Source of the DNA: an uncultured bacterium
GTDB taxonomy: Bacteria; Babelota; Babeliae; Babelales; Vermiphilaceae
NCBI GenBank assembly: GCA_963707655.1
Contig: OY970172.1
Span: 739,665-803,664 of the forward strand
Length of the DNA: 64,000 nucleotides
Reading direction: 5' to 3'
Within the stretch, counting starts at the first letter, position 1, and each line of letters begins with the position of its first letter. The notes under the pieces were generated by a model. The model was not told where the DNA came from and made no database searches. It was given only the letters and a program-made list of their open reading frames with translations. Positions 17,606 through 28,170 of this stretch are shown piece after piece. Position numbers and translations under genes: made by a program.

Positions 17606-17791
17606 AAGTGCCCCCTCCAACGGTCCAGAATTTATTATTCCACCGCCGTGAACATTGGTTTATCTGTTCTTTTATTTCTTTTAGTACCATACTAAAGCAT
17701 TCACTTCTCAATGTCTATGCTAATTCACCATTTGACTTTAAAATCCAATATTTTAAGCTAAATAAAGGGGTTTTATAAACAGAGGGACATT

Positions 17792-18775
17792 ATGACGCAA
17801 CCATTATCAATACTATCAAATAGCATTTTTACCTTTCAGGTAAAAGCCGATCAGGCAGCATGGCGCCTTGACAAGTTCATGGTTACCCAATTTCCCGCAT
17901 ATTCGCGTACTTTTCTGCAAGAAGTCATTAGCAATAGCCTGATTACTATTAATGGTATATCAGTGAGCAAATCAAGCGCACAGCTTAAAGAGCATGACAT
18001 TATTAAGGTGACGTTTCCTCCCGCTGCCACGCAAGCCACTCAAAACGCGGCCAAAAAAGATTATTCTTACAATATTTCTATTGTAGCCAAAGAGGAACAC
18101 TTTCTGATCATCAATAAGCCTGCCGGCCTGATGGTGCACAAAGCAGAAGGCAGTGATAGTGAGCCTACTGTTGTTGACTGGATCATCAATAATTTTGAAG
18201 AAATCAAACACGTGGGCGCTATTGATCGTCCCGGCATTGTACATCGCCTTGACAAAGAGACCTCCGGCCTTTTAGTTATTCCCCGCACCAACCACGCTCA
18301 CACTCAGTTTGGCGCCATGTTTAAGGACCGCACCATTCACAAAACATATCTTGCTCTTGTGCACGGAGCGCCGCCACAAGAGGGAACTATAAACCTTCCT
18401 GTTGGCCGCCATCCAACACTGCGCCACAAAATGACCACTTTTGCCCCCCACGATCGAAAATCAGGAATTATTCGTGATGCAATAACGCACTACAAAGTTT
18501 TACGCTATTTTAAGGATGCGGCGCTGGTGGAAGCCAAGCCGGTAACCGGCCGCACCCATCAAATCAGAGTACATTTTGCTGCGTTGGGCCACAGCCTTTT
18601 GGGGGACAAAACCTACGGGAGAGCATCAAAACTGATACACAGACACGCGCTGCATGCCCATGCCATTGAATTTGAATTTGAAAACAAGAGCCATCTGTTC
18701 ACCTGTCCACTACCACAAGATTTTGAATCAACGCTAGATAATTTAGAAGCTGTTGTGCTAAAATTGGTCCAATAA
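17792..18775 (+). CDS. rluD: RluA/RluD-family 23S rRNA pseudouridine synthase
   Basis: S4-like N-terminus, catalytic HRLDKETSGLLV, and GRTHQIRVH. Confidence 0.85.
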   Translation: MTQPLSILSNSIFTFQVKADQAAWRLDKFMVTQFPAYSRTFLQEVISNSLITINGISVSKSSAQLKEHDIIKVTFPPAATQATQNAAKKDYSYNISIVAKEEHFLIINKPAGLMVHKAEGSDSEPTVVDWIINNFEEIKHVGAIDRPGIVHRLDKETSGLLVIPRTNHAHTQFGAMFKDRTIHKTYLALVHGAPPQEGTINLPVGRHPTLRHKMTTFAPHDRKSGIIRDAITHYKVLRYFKDAALVEAKPVTGRTHQIRVHFAALGHSLLGDKTYGRASKLIHRHALHAHAIEFEFENKSHLFTCPLPQDFESTLDNLEAVVLKLVQ

Positions 18776-18855
18776 AAGCGTAATTGCAACGAGATAGAGC
18801 TCTATCAAAAAGAAGCACGATGGCCTAGACTGAACCGTAGAAAAAAGGGGATTTC

Positions 18856-19407
18856 ATGAAGCAATCACGATGGCTCATTGGTATCATGTTCTACGCAGCA
18901 CTATCACATGGTGCATATGTCTATAGTATGGAAGAAGCATCTGATAGGGACTCTACAAGTGGTCCGAGACGTTTTCATGACTACGTTGCATCACGCGTGA
19001 AAGATCTCGGGTCAGAAATCTCTTCCCCCATACCTATCGACGCATTGAGCTATTGCGAAAAAAAATATCATACAAATAAACCCTTGCTAAAAACAGATTC
19101 ATTTGGATTATCACTTAATGATTATCACAACTTGTACAAAGTAGCGCATGGAAAAAAAGGTGGAAAAACATTACGACGAATCTTAAAAAGGGTGCCTTAC
19201 AAATCTATTGCTATAAGGACTGATTCTGGGAGATTCACCGCTCTTCTACGTGAAAAAGAAATTATTGTTAAGATTCTTATGGATGAACATCATGAATTCT
19301 TATCTCGCTATAAGCGTAACTGGCCCATTACCTTTCTGCAAGAAAAGCGATTCAAAGCGCTCCGCAAATATGAAAACTACCCTTTTTTTATTAATGATCC
19401 GATATAA
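18856..19407 (+). CDS. secreted hypothetical protein
   Basis: Signal-like WLIGIMFYAALSHGA. 183 aa, basic, no motif. Confidence 0.5.
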   Translation: MKQSRWLIGIMFYAALSHGAYVYSMEEASDRDSTSGPRRFHDYVASRVKDLGSEISSPIPIDALSYCEKKYHTNKPLLKTDSFGLSLNDYHNLYKVAHGKKGGKTLRRILKRVPYKSIAIRTDSGRFTALLREKEIIVKILMDEHHEFLSRYKRNWPITFLQEKRFKALRKYENYPFFINDPI

Positions 19408-19502
19408 AAAATGAAATCGGCTGGGAACGTATTCATGTTTGAGCGCCTGTTGGGCAACTCGTACAGATAGTGCGACGAATGATGCCCCCGAACAAACAAT
19501 AT

Positions 19503-20048
19503 TCAATCAATTTTGTGTCTTGCCCGTTGCTCTGCCAAGAGTTCCACCTTATCCTCATCTTCCCAAGATAGCGCTACCATCTTCATGCCTCTTGAGGCCA
19601 CCAAGACACCCAAAACAGATAAGCAAACGTACGGACCGCATGCATAAAGATCAGTGGTAGGGATTTCTGGGCGCGTAAATAAGGCACCCCCTACTGTAGC
19701 AAACCCTGCACAACACCACAGCGCTCCACACTCGCACCCATAAGAAGCTTTATCTCGACCTTCACACATCAAGTCTCTACTTCGATTATGAAAATCCTCG
19801 TCCTGCATGTACTCGTGAATATTTTTCCGTAGTTCTCGCAGAGAGCCAAGACTTTTAAAATCAGTTGGCAATCGGTGAGCAACGGGTCCTTGCTCAGCAA
19901 ACACCACTTCTTCTTGAGGTGATTTATTTTTGTGACGCCGCACCGTGGGGCTTTCAGAATTTTCTGATGTTCCTGCAATCGATACCACGCAGAGTAAGAA
20001 AATAATGGAGAGAGAGTTCATATACAATTTCCTTGGGCTATTTTGCAT
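19503..20048 (-). CDS. hypothetical membrane protein, Cys-rich
   Basis: Signal/TM LSIIFLLCVVSIAG and a hydrophobic Cys-rich segment CECGALWCCAGFATVGGALF. No motif. Confidence 0.5.
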   Translation of the reverse strand: MQNSPRKLYMNSLSIIFLLCVVSIAGTSENSESPTVRRHKNKSPQEEVVFAEQGPVAHRLPTDFKSLGSLRELRKNIHEYMQDEDFHNRSRDLMCEGRDKASYGCECGALWCCAGFATVGGALFTRPEIPTTDLYACGPYVCLSVLGVLVASRGMKMVALSWEDEDKVELLAEQRARHKID

Positions 20049-20279
20049 GTATTCATATTCTTGCTGCCATTGTCTTATTTGTTCGAGTGCAGTATATCCT
20101 CACTTTGAAATCATGCAAATGAAAAGCTTCTCTCTTTCGTGCAGATGCGTGCACTCATGCGCCCGCCGGTCAAATTAAATCAAAAACAGATCATGAAAAT
20201 AAATTCAGAATGCACTATTCAAAACCAAAGCAAAAAAAATTTTCTTGCATTTTTCTGAAAGATCAATAGCATTGTGCTC

Positions 20280-20348
20280 GAGCTAAGAAGGAATTGTAGT
20301 AATGAAGCGGTCCCCAAAACGGACCTTTACACTCCTTAGCTCTTTTTT
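20280..20348 (+). terminator. orphan compound hairpin plus T-run on the plus strand (between two minus-strand genes)
   Basis: The arm GAGCTAAG(A)AGGA (from 20280) pairs with TCCTTAGCTC (20333-20342). An inner GGTCC/GGACC hairpin is present. TTTTTT follows at 20343-20348. Confidence 0.4.
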
Positions 20349-20364
20349 ATGCAAATGCTATCTT

Positions 20365-21129
20365 CTAGCAAACATCCGCAGCTTTTAACCTGTTCTTCTT
20401 ACGCTTATTTTTTTGATATGTATATTTCTTCGTCTGCATGTTTGATTCTTTATTGTTCTTGATGATCGCTTCTTTGATCTGATCAAATTTTTTATCATAT
20501 TGCTCAACAAGGGCCGGCTCTTGAATAATTACTACGTTCTCATGGTTGCGCTCGTTTGCCGATTTGGTCAAATTAAATGAACCGGTCCAGAGTAATGCTT
20601 TATCATGCACGTTCTTTTCAAAAACAAGAAATTTATGATGCATGATCTCAGAAAACATACCACTTTCATTTTTTGGCTCGTACAGGTACACCATCAAGCC
20701 GGCATCTTTTAACATGTTGATTTTACTAAATTTTTCTCTGCTCGAAGCCCCATTTGCAATAATCTCTAAGCGTACCCCGCGCGCTTTTGCATCAATCAAT
20801 GCCTGAGCAATAGATTTATCAGTTAACATAAAGATCGTTGCCTTGATACCGCTTTTTTCTTGCGCAATAAGATCAATCAATATCTTCTTTATATCATCAT
20901 CCGGACTGAAAAAAGCCTGCTTAATGCCTGCGACTGATGACGTGAACGGTAGATTACTTGAGCCCCGCTCTGCTGCTTGCGCGTCTTGCAATACATGCTG
21001 CTCTTTGGGCAAGCCAACAATGAAGTGTGTCTTGCCAAAAGTATGTACCGCATCACTGGCTGTAGTGATGCAAAGATTGCACAACAGGCTACTTAAAATT
21101 AGAGAAAAATATATACTCATCTGCTTCAT
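20365..21129 (-). CDS. secreted phospholipase D-family protein (Nuc-like, single HKD-type motif)
   Basis: Signal peptide MKQMSIYFSLILSSLLCNL. HHKFLVFE...GSFNLTKSA is an HxK(x)4[D/E]...GSxN block with E in the Asp position. The ATG at 21129 has an AAAGGAAG SD. Confidence 0.7.
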   Translation of the reverse strand: MKQMSIYFSLILSSLLCNLCITTASDAVHTFGKTHFIVGLPKEQHVLQDAQAAERGSSNLPFTSSVAGIKQAFFSPDDDIKKILIDLIAQEKSGIKATIFMLTDKSIAQALIDAKARGVRLEIIANGASSREKFSKINMLKDAGLMVYLYEPKNESGMFSEIMHHKFLVFEKNVHDKALLWTGSFNLTKSANERNHENVVIIQEPALVEQYDKKFDQIKEAIIKNNKESNMQTKKYTYQKNKRKKNRLKAADVC

Positions 21130-21205
21130 GCCACTTCCTTTCAACTTCTATTCATATGAGAGCAGCTTTTTTCTCTGCTGTTATTGAAAAGATAAAACTA
21201 TCTCT

Positions 21206-23755
21206 TCAAAATTTCCAACGAAATTCAACTTCTGCGCCAATATCGCGATGCTCATCACGAAATCCACGCACGGTGATCTCATCAGAAACAGCATACTCAG
21301 CTTCAAAACGAATATCTTCTGACAGACTAAAATTTTTCTGTATAAGAGCGTGCCAACGCTCGCCAATATCAATTTCTATGGCGCCGCGCAACCCTGCTCT
21401 GCCCGTCTGATCGCTAAAGCTGGGAATAAAGTGTACGTGTTTAAAGGGAGAAAAAAGTTGATCAATAGCCGCATGCAGTTTTGAATCGCTATGCTCACTA
21501 TCAAAAATGATATGCTTTACCGCATGCATAAGCGCACTTGATAAAGCGCCGCCCAAAGAATCTTCTGAGCCACCAAGCAAGAGTGAAACAATTTGTTCGT
21601 GCGTAAGGGGTGGTGATGATTCAAGCAGTATTGTTGGCTGCTGCAGCAAGCCGCTGAGTGACATGGTAATGTTATATTTTTTAATTTTGTTCTTTGCTAC
21701 AAACTCAATATAAGGATTACTGCCGCTGTCCGGCAAAAAATTCACCACCCCTTTGGTGATAAAAAGCGGTCGATATGGCAATGCTATGCTACCGGAAAGA
21801 ATAGACATGCTGCCGCTCATTACCGGCTCTTTGACGGAGCCGGTGATAATGAGTCGAGTCTTTATATTAGTATCCAGCAGTGGCGTTCTCACCCGAATGG
21901 CTTCTTTGGTTTCAATGACTAAATCAATATCTGCATCAAAGAGCGGTAATGATGTTTTTGTTTGAGAAAAAAGTTGTTTTTGAAATGCAGGTGAAAAAAT
22001 ATTTTCTTTAAATTGTGAACGATCAAAAAAGATATGCCCTTTCAAAGACGGACTCGCACCTTCACGCTTTTCACATACCACTGAGCCAGAGAGTATAGTA
22101 AATAAATCTTTTTTAAAATGAAGCAATACTGAATCAAAGACCAAAGGAGCATAGACAAACGTAGGCGCAAAGTTATCCTCGGCAAAGTGACACTGTAAAT
22201 TTTTGCAAACAATCTCACCCCGATGTAATGTGGCGCGTAGATCAGTGCCGGTTATTTTTCTTTTGGCGCAATCAATAATAAATGATCCGCGCAGATCACT
22301 CATGCAATTGTACGTTTGCGGCAAACGAATTACCGCCGATTCTAAAGATATAGTGCTGGTAATTTTATTATCAGCATACTGTCCTTGCACACGCATGGTG
22401 CCATCGCCTTGTATATCAAGCTGGACACACTGTTTAATCAGCCCTCGGATAAAAACAATCGGCATTTTTAAAGTGAATGTGGAGTTTTCTCCCGCTATGT
22501 GCGCCAGGGTGGTTTTTTTATTTTCACCATCGGTGAATTCAACAGATGCGTCGAGCGTCATGCTGTTCCAATCAGAAACGGTGCATTGCAAAGAGCAGCT
22601 GTTTTCAGGAACAGTAAGCTCTACAAAAGGAGCTGTCAGCGGCGTGACATTATTAAGCGCAAGACAAATTGTGCGATCAGTGCTGTTAACCGCATAAGCT
22701 CCCGCAACATTCCCTTGGTCGGAACGTATGACCACAGAGCCGCTGAGCTCTTGCATGTTTCCCGCAAAAGTTATTTTCGCATCAGTGGTGCAAGGCAAAG
22801 CGGCATGGCAAATGTTATTGCACGCAAGAGAACCTTCTACCTTAAAACCATTATTAAGTTGCCCTTTTGCTTCCAGCTGACACAAGCCTGAAGCTTGATC
22901 TGCTCCCAAGAGCGGGCCGCACACAGATGATAATGATGCAGTGCCAGCTACTTGGAACAGCCACGTATCATTGCTTTTAGTGAGCGTAATGTTATCAAGC
23001 GAGAGTGATTTATCAGCAATCGCCGCGGTACATGCTAATGCGTTATCTGCATAAGAAGCTGCAAGAGAACATTGTTGAGCGCTGAGTAAGGGCGATACAT
23101 ACACAAGCTCCGCTTGAGCCTTTAGCGGCTCATTTTCAGTACAATTGCAACTAAAACGACCGGCGCATTCTGTTAGCAAATGAGAGCCGTTGTTCGATGC
23201 TGCCGCATGATGCAATTGCATTCTTGCATCCAAGTTTTTTCCTCGCCGCTCAATAACGCAGCCCCACGAGCAGGAAAATTCTCTTTTGTTTGCATGGTCA
23301 TGCATCGCAAATGAACCGTCTTGCACTTTTACGCAATTGAGCGCTATAGCAACCGGCAACGGTGCATCTTCTATCATTTTTTGTATGTGTTCTTCGATGG
23401 CAAATGTACCATCTGAAAAGCCAGAATGAGCTAATAAGTTCTCCACTTCAATATCAAGCGCAATCGTTTTATGTGCGAGCAATTGCCACCAAGAAATATG
23501 CAGTATGAATTTTTTGCAATGCCACTGCCAATCACTGTTTTTATCATGCGGCATCATGCGCATGTTTTCAATAGAAATCGTGGGAGATATCAAGCTAAAT
23601 GTGTGCAATCTTCCTGAAACCGAGCAGCCCAGCGCCTGCGCAAAAGAATTATTAATTTTGTTCTCGAGCCACGTGTGCAACCATGGCTCATTAAGAAAAA
23701 GAGTAAAAGCAGTCAGCGCGCCAATAGCTAAAGAGAGAATAATTTTTTTAATCAT
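21206..23755 (-). CDS. tamB: TamB/AsmA-like translocation and assembly module protein
   Basis: 849 aa with an N-terminal TM anchor KKIILSLAIGALTAFTLF and a long beta-rich body. The DUF490-like C-terminus ends ...GAEVEFRWKF. Confidence 0.55.
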   Translation of the reverse strand: MIKKIILSLAIGALTAFTLFLNEPWLHTWLENKINNSFAQALGCSVSGRLHTFSLISPTISIENMRMMPHDKNSDWQWHCKKFILHISWWQLLAHKTIALDIEVENLLAHSGFSDGTFAIEEHIQKMIEDAPLPVAIALNCVKVQDGSFAMHDHANKREFSCSWGCVIERRGKNLDARMQLHHAAASNNGSHLLTECAGRFSCNCTENEPLKAQAELVYVSPLLSAQQCSLAASYADNALACTAAIADKSLSLDNITLTKSNDTWLFQVAGTASLSSVCGPLLGADQASGLCQLEAKGQLNNGFKVEGSLACNNICHAALPCTTDAKITFAGNMQELSGSVVIRSDQGNVAGAYAVNSTDRTICLALNNVTPLTAPFVELTVPENSCSLQCTVSDWNSMTLDASVEFTDGENKKTTLAHIAGENSTFTLKMPIVFIRGLIKQCVQLDIQGDGTMRVQGQYADNKITSTISLESAVIRLPQTYNCMSDLRGSFIIDCAKRKITGTDLRATLHRGEIVCKNLQCHFAEDNFAPTFVYAPLVFDSVLLHFKKDLFTILSGSVVCEKREGASPSLKGHIFFDRSQFKENIFSPAFQKQLFSQTKTSLPLFDADIDLVIETKEAIRVRTPLLDTNIKTRLIITGSVKEPVMSGSMSILSGSIALPYRPLFITKGVVNFLPDSGSNPYIEFVAKNKIKKYNITMSLSGLLQQPTILLESSPPLTHEQIVSLLLGGSEDSLGGALSSALMHAVKHIIFDSEHSDSKLHAAIDQLFSPFKHVHFIPSFSDQTGRAGLRGAIEIDIGERWHALIQKNFSLSEDIRFEAEYAVSDEITVRGFRDEHRDIGAEVEFRWKF

Positions 23756-23774
23756 AAAAATAATCGGGTACCAA

Positions 23775-24269
23775 TCAGATTACGTGCCAGGAACCATCAT
23801 AACGATATTTGCGTAAAAAAGAAATGTGCCCCACCCCGCTGGTAAGGGCATAGAGCGATTTTTTATTAACATCAACCAAGTAGACGGTGCCCGCCTGTAT
23901 AGTGCCGTCGGCATAAAAAATAATGTGATCATTTTCAAAAGATAGCTGCTTGCCGATCGGCGCATGGGGTGATGATGGGGGTCCCTGAACTCCCGGTATA
24001 AAACCGTAACAAACTCTGCTGTTGAGCTGTTGTGTCCCGTCATCATAAGCGTATGATTTTCTACCGACATCAAAGCGCAAAACCTGCTTAGTTTGACTGC
24101 TCAATGCCTTCTGCTGTAAATACATGCACACGGTATACAGTTTTTCTATATCGGCCCGCACCATGAGCCCGTAAAATGAGCGGAGATTGCACAGCCCCAG
24201 GCCCGCTATCAAGGTAATGAGCGCAAGTACCACCAATGCCTCGATAAGAGAAAAACCCTTATTTTTCAT
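23775..24269 (-). CDS. prepilin-type pseudopilin (GspH/FimT-like)
   Basis: N-terminal methylation/cleavage motif MKNKGFSLIEALVVLALITLIAG. Confidence 0.8.
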   Translation of the reverse strand: MKNKGFSLIEALVVLALITLIAGLGLCNLRSFYGLMVRADIEKLYTVCMYLQQKALSSQTKQVLRFDVGRKSYAYDDGTQQLNSRVCYGFIPGVQGPPSSPHAPIGKQLSFENDHIIFYADGTIQAGTVYLVDVNKKSLYALTSGVGHISFLRKYRYDGSWHVI

Positions 24270-24378
24270 ATCTTCTTCTTTTTAATTTTTAAGATACAAA
24301 AGAGGCGGCTGGTTTGTATAGAATCGGTTTTTGAGTGCGATAGAGGAGAACAGATATAGCTATTACGTTATTAATCTC

Positions 24379-24783
24379 TCAGAGCCTGTTGTTATTATTG
24401 CCGTAGGGATTGCGGAACTTGAGGAACATTACCTGCGCTTCCGGCCTTACGCCGAGCACTATATCACCCTGCCTCACCATTTGATTGTGGCGCTCAATAA
24501 TGTGACGCTGCCAGTCAATAACTTCTTCTCTGTGAATAATAGTTTTTTGCTGCAAGGCAATAGTTTGTTTCAAATTGGCGATTCTTTGGTGAACCGTTCT
24601 AATCCATATTGCGCCCAAGACTCCGCCCAAGGCCACCAAATATATCCCTGTAGCCAATGGAACATATTTTTTGAACCATTCAGATTTGCTCGCTGTTTGT
24701 TCACCGCCATGCAATCCAGTCAGCGGTGTGAATAAAATCGCAAGCGCCAGCGTTATTTTTATACTATTAGCTCTTATTTCCAT
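24379..24783 (-). CDS. small membrane protein, unknown function
   Basis: Two hydrophobic segments followed by a coiled-coil. It lies between the ATPase and the pseudopilin on the same strand. Confidence 0.5.
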   Translation of the reverse strand: MEIRANSIKITLALAILFTPLTGLHGGEQTASKSEWFKKYVPLATGIYLVALGGVLGAIWIRTVHQRIANLKQTIALQQKTIIHREEVIDWQRHIIERHNQMVRQGDIVLGVRPEAQVMFLKFRNPYGNNNNRL

Positions 24784-24997
24784 AGTAACCTCGTTTCTTT
24801 ATCTTATGGCAGCAGAACGTGCATAATTGCCATAATAATTTTCTGATATTTCTATTATGCATCATAATAGAAATATTTCAAACAGAAAAATCGCATAAAA
24901 AGGACAGTTTAGCGCTTAAAAAATCTGAACATTTGGCACTGCCTCCCGGCTACCTGCGTGAATGGATGTCTATTGGCGCATATCTTAAAACAGCCGC

Positions 24998-26709
24998 TTA
25001 CTCTGCCAAATCTTGCTCAATAGTGGCAACAGCAAGAACTTCATCTATCGTGGTTAATCCCTGCTTGATTTTACGCAAACCGTCCTGCACCAAGAGAATC
25101 ATGCCATCGGCAACTGCCTGGCGACGCAAACGAGCAGTATCGGCGCGCTCGATAGTCAGTTTGGCGATCTCACTGGTCATGCTCATTAATTCAAATATTG
25201 CAATGCGCCCCTTGTATCCCGTGTTTAAGCAGACTTCGCAGCCAACAGGAGCATAGAAAGTGATATCTTTTGCTTCTTGCGCAGTTAGCCCTATGCTCTC
25301 CAAAATTTCTTTAGAAGGTTGATATGGTTTTTTGCAGGCTTCACACAATTTGCGCACCAAGCGCTGTGCCATTGCCAAGTGTATTGAAGAAGCAATCAAA
25401 ATGGCTCAACTCCCATATCAATAAGACGCGTAATGGTTGCCGGCGCACTATTGGTATGCAACGTACTGAGCACCAAGTGTCCGGTAAGCGCTGATTGAAT
25501 AGCAATCTGAGCAGTTTCTGCATCACGCGTTTCACCGATCATGATAATATCAGGATCTTGACGCAAAATAGAACGCAATGCTGCAGCAAAGGTGAGCCCT
25601 ATTTTTTCTTTAACCTGCACTTGACCAATACCGGGCATCTGATACTCAACCGGATCTTCAACAGTAATAATATTTACTTCAGGAGTATTCAATTCACTCA
25701 AAATAGAATAGAGGGTAGTCGTTTTACCCGATCCGGTTGGACCGGTGATATAAATAATACCGTTGGGTTTTTGAATATTTTCTTCAAGTACTTTATAATC
25801 GCGCTGCGCTAAAATCCAGATCTTTAAGTTTTGCAAAGCTGCGTGTTTTATCAAGAAGACGCATAACCACCCGCTCACCAAACACTACCGGTAAAATAGA
25901 AACACGAATATCAATCGCCTTTCCGGCAACTTTAAGATCGATTCTGCCCATCTTGCGGAATACGCTTTTCTGCAATATTTAAGATTGGCCATAATTTTAA
26001 TACGAGAAATTAATGCACCTTGAATCCGTTTTGGTGGCGTCATGACAGGATACAAAACCCCATCAATACGATAGCGGACACTCAATTCTTTTTCAAAAGG
26101 CTCAATATGAATATCAGAAGCCCCTCGTTTTGCCGCCTGAAACAGAATATGGTTCACCAATTTAATGATGGGCGCTTCAGTTGCCATGGCCATAATATCT
26201 TTTTCTTCTATCTGGCTGAATTCAACATCTTTGAGCTCTTTGTCTTCCTCTTCTTCAAGCTCGGCAATAACCTGGCCGGCCCCCTGAATAGGATAATAGC
26301 GATTAATTGCTTCGGTAATTACCGGCTCGCTGGCAACCATGTAGCGTGCCGAGCCGCCAAGCAAAACATTTAATTCATCAAGCGGTTGAAACTTAATAGG
26401 GTTGGCCGTGGCAATCACGAGCTTGCCGTCAATCATGAGAGGCATTACTACGTTATCGCGCAAAAATTTAAGCGGCACTTTGGCAAGAAGAGTGAGATCT
26501 GCCATTCCATCAGTAATTTTATCTAAGTAGCCAAGAGATGCAAAATGCGCATATGCCTGGGCCAACTGAGCAGAAGTAAGCGCTTTTTTTTCAACCAAAT
26601 ACGCTTCAACACTCGCCGCGCCCGATGCAACGGCCTGCTCGGCTTCTTGTAATTGAGCAGGAGTAATTATGTTTTCATCAATAAGGAGTTGGCCGATAGT
26701 CTTTTTCAT
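24998..26709 (-). pseudogene. GspE/PilB-family type II secretion / type IV pilus ATPase; frame interrupted about 4 times
   Basis: T2SSE N-domain (GQLLIDENIITPAQLQEAEQ), [11 protein letters not shown] / [30 protein letters not shown], Walker [11 protein letters not shown], and C-terminal CEACKKPY...GCEVCLNTGYKGR. The conserved blocks sit in different frames. Single-base indels lie near 25978, 25944, 25806 and 25399 (a T-run). Confidence 0.85.
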
Positions 26710-26892
26710 AATAACTCCGCTTAGTACATACCTAATTCATATTATATAGTCTCTATCTTAGCAAAAAATTAATATTCTGAGATAGAGCTCCATTGGCATG
26801 ATGCTAAAAATCTAGTATGTTTTAATATATATTATGTCATCGTAACTTAAATTAAGTATAGGTATATATAAATACCCAAGCAAGGAATATCC

Positions 26893-27807
26893 ATGCATTT
26901 CTCCCGCACATGTTCCATTCTCATTATTAGCGGCCTATTATGTATCCTTAACAGTAAAGCCCTGCCCGGCTCTGGCTACTTGTGGTCCCACAAACACAAA
27001 GAGGGTGATGTCAAACCATTCAGAGGGGGCAGAACCGCGCGACAGGCCTATGCCAAAACCCATGTAACCAAAACAATGCGTTATATGAACTTTCAAGAGA
27101 TGGGGGAGCGCAAAAACCTGTTGGTTAGTTACAACGACAAATACACTGCCATTAAATATGCGGAAAAAATGATTCCCCTGTGCAATGACCTACAAGAAAA
27201 AGGGAATATCATTCTTGAACTTGCCGATCTCTATTTTGATTGTGGCAACCTGAAAGATGCAGAATTGCGCTACAAAGAGTTCTATACTTTTTATCCGGGC
27301 AACACGAGCATAGAGTATGCTCACTATAAAGCTATTTTATGCAGTTTTCACACCATCTATTCCCCTGACCGAGATCAGACAAAGACCAAAGAAACGCTTG
27401 TTCTGACTACCGAATTCCTCAAAAACAACGAACAATTTTCTACGTACCGCAAAGAAGTATTCAATGTTCATAGTCAATGTCAAAAGCAGATATTTGATAG
27501 CGAGGCTTCAATATTCCACTTCTACCTGAATCGCGACAGCTTTAAAGCCGCACAAAAAAGGTTGGAAAAACTTGAAAAAGATTTTGTCGATGTATTGCCC
27601 GACGCCTCTATGCAGATAGCGCACTTTAAGCAAGAATTTATTGCCAAGCAAAAAGAGCTTGGTCTTGCACCAACGCTGGAATTTAATCCTGACCACATGG
27701 TTACTTTCTCTGGACTCATGGCTGAAGAAGCGGCTGCAAAAAAAGAGAAAGAGGAACAGGCAAAAATGGCCTCAATCAACAAACAATCTATAGCTGACCG
27801 GCTTTAA
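26893..27807 (+). CDS. bamD: BamD/YfiO-like TPR outer-membrane assembly protein
   Basis: Signal peptide. The TPR-like pattern matches the BamD layout: FYTFYPGNTSIEYAHYKAILCSF...RDQTKTKE...FSTYRKEV...IFHFYLNRDSFKAAQKRLEKL. Confidence 0.5.
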   Translation: MHFSRTCSILIISGLLCILNSKALPGSGYLWSHKHKEGDVKPFRGGRTARQAYAKTHVTKTMRYMNFQEMGERKNLLVSYNDKYTAIKYAEKMIPLCNDLQEKGNIILELADLYFDCGNLKDAELRYKEFYTFYPGNTSIEYAHYKAILCSFHTIYSPDRDQTKTKETLVLTTEFLKNNEQFSTYRKEVFNVHSQCQKQIFDSEASIFHFYLNRDSFKAAQKRLEKLEKDFVDVLPDASMQIAHFKQEFIAKQKELGLAPTLEFNPDHMVTFSGLMAEEAAAKKEKEEQAKMASINKQSIADRL

Positions 27808-27810
27808 ACT

Positions 27811-28170
27811 ATGAGCAAACAACAAGGATTCGCGGCTGAAACTTTTGTTGCGCAATTTTTGGAAAAGAGCGGCTTTACCATTCTTGCACGCAACTATATG
27901 AGCCGCTATGGCGAAATTGATCTTATAGGCCTAAAAAGCGACATTCTTGTCTTTGTTGAGGTAAAGCAACGGACCAACAATTCCTTTGACCTCAGCGAGC
28001 TCATTACGGTGAGCAAACAAAAAAAAATTATTATTACCGCCAAAGAATTTCTTACCAAACATCATTATGATGAAAAAATATGCCGATTTGACGTAGCGCT
28101 GCTTGAAGGGGCGCTGCCTGCACCGGTATTAACGTATATTCCCAATGCATACACTGACGGTAACTCATGA
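27811..28170 (+). CDS. yraN: YraN-family (UPF0102) endonuclease
   Basis: GEIDLIG...ILVFVEVKQR...RFDV signature; 119 aa. Confidence 0.8.
   Translation: MSKQQGFAAETFVAQFLEKSGFTILARNYMSRYGEIDLIGLKSDILVFVEVKQRTNNSFDLSELITVSKQKKIIITAKEFLTKHHYDEKICRFDVALLEGALPAPVLTYIPNAYTDGNS

Noticed and set aside
17621-17791. Possible M-box (Mg) riboswitch upstream of mgtE
   Set aside because: The leader is only about 170 bp, is shared with divergent rluD, is AT-rich, and shows none of the long paired M-box helices.
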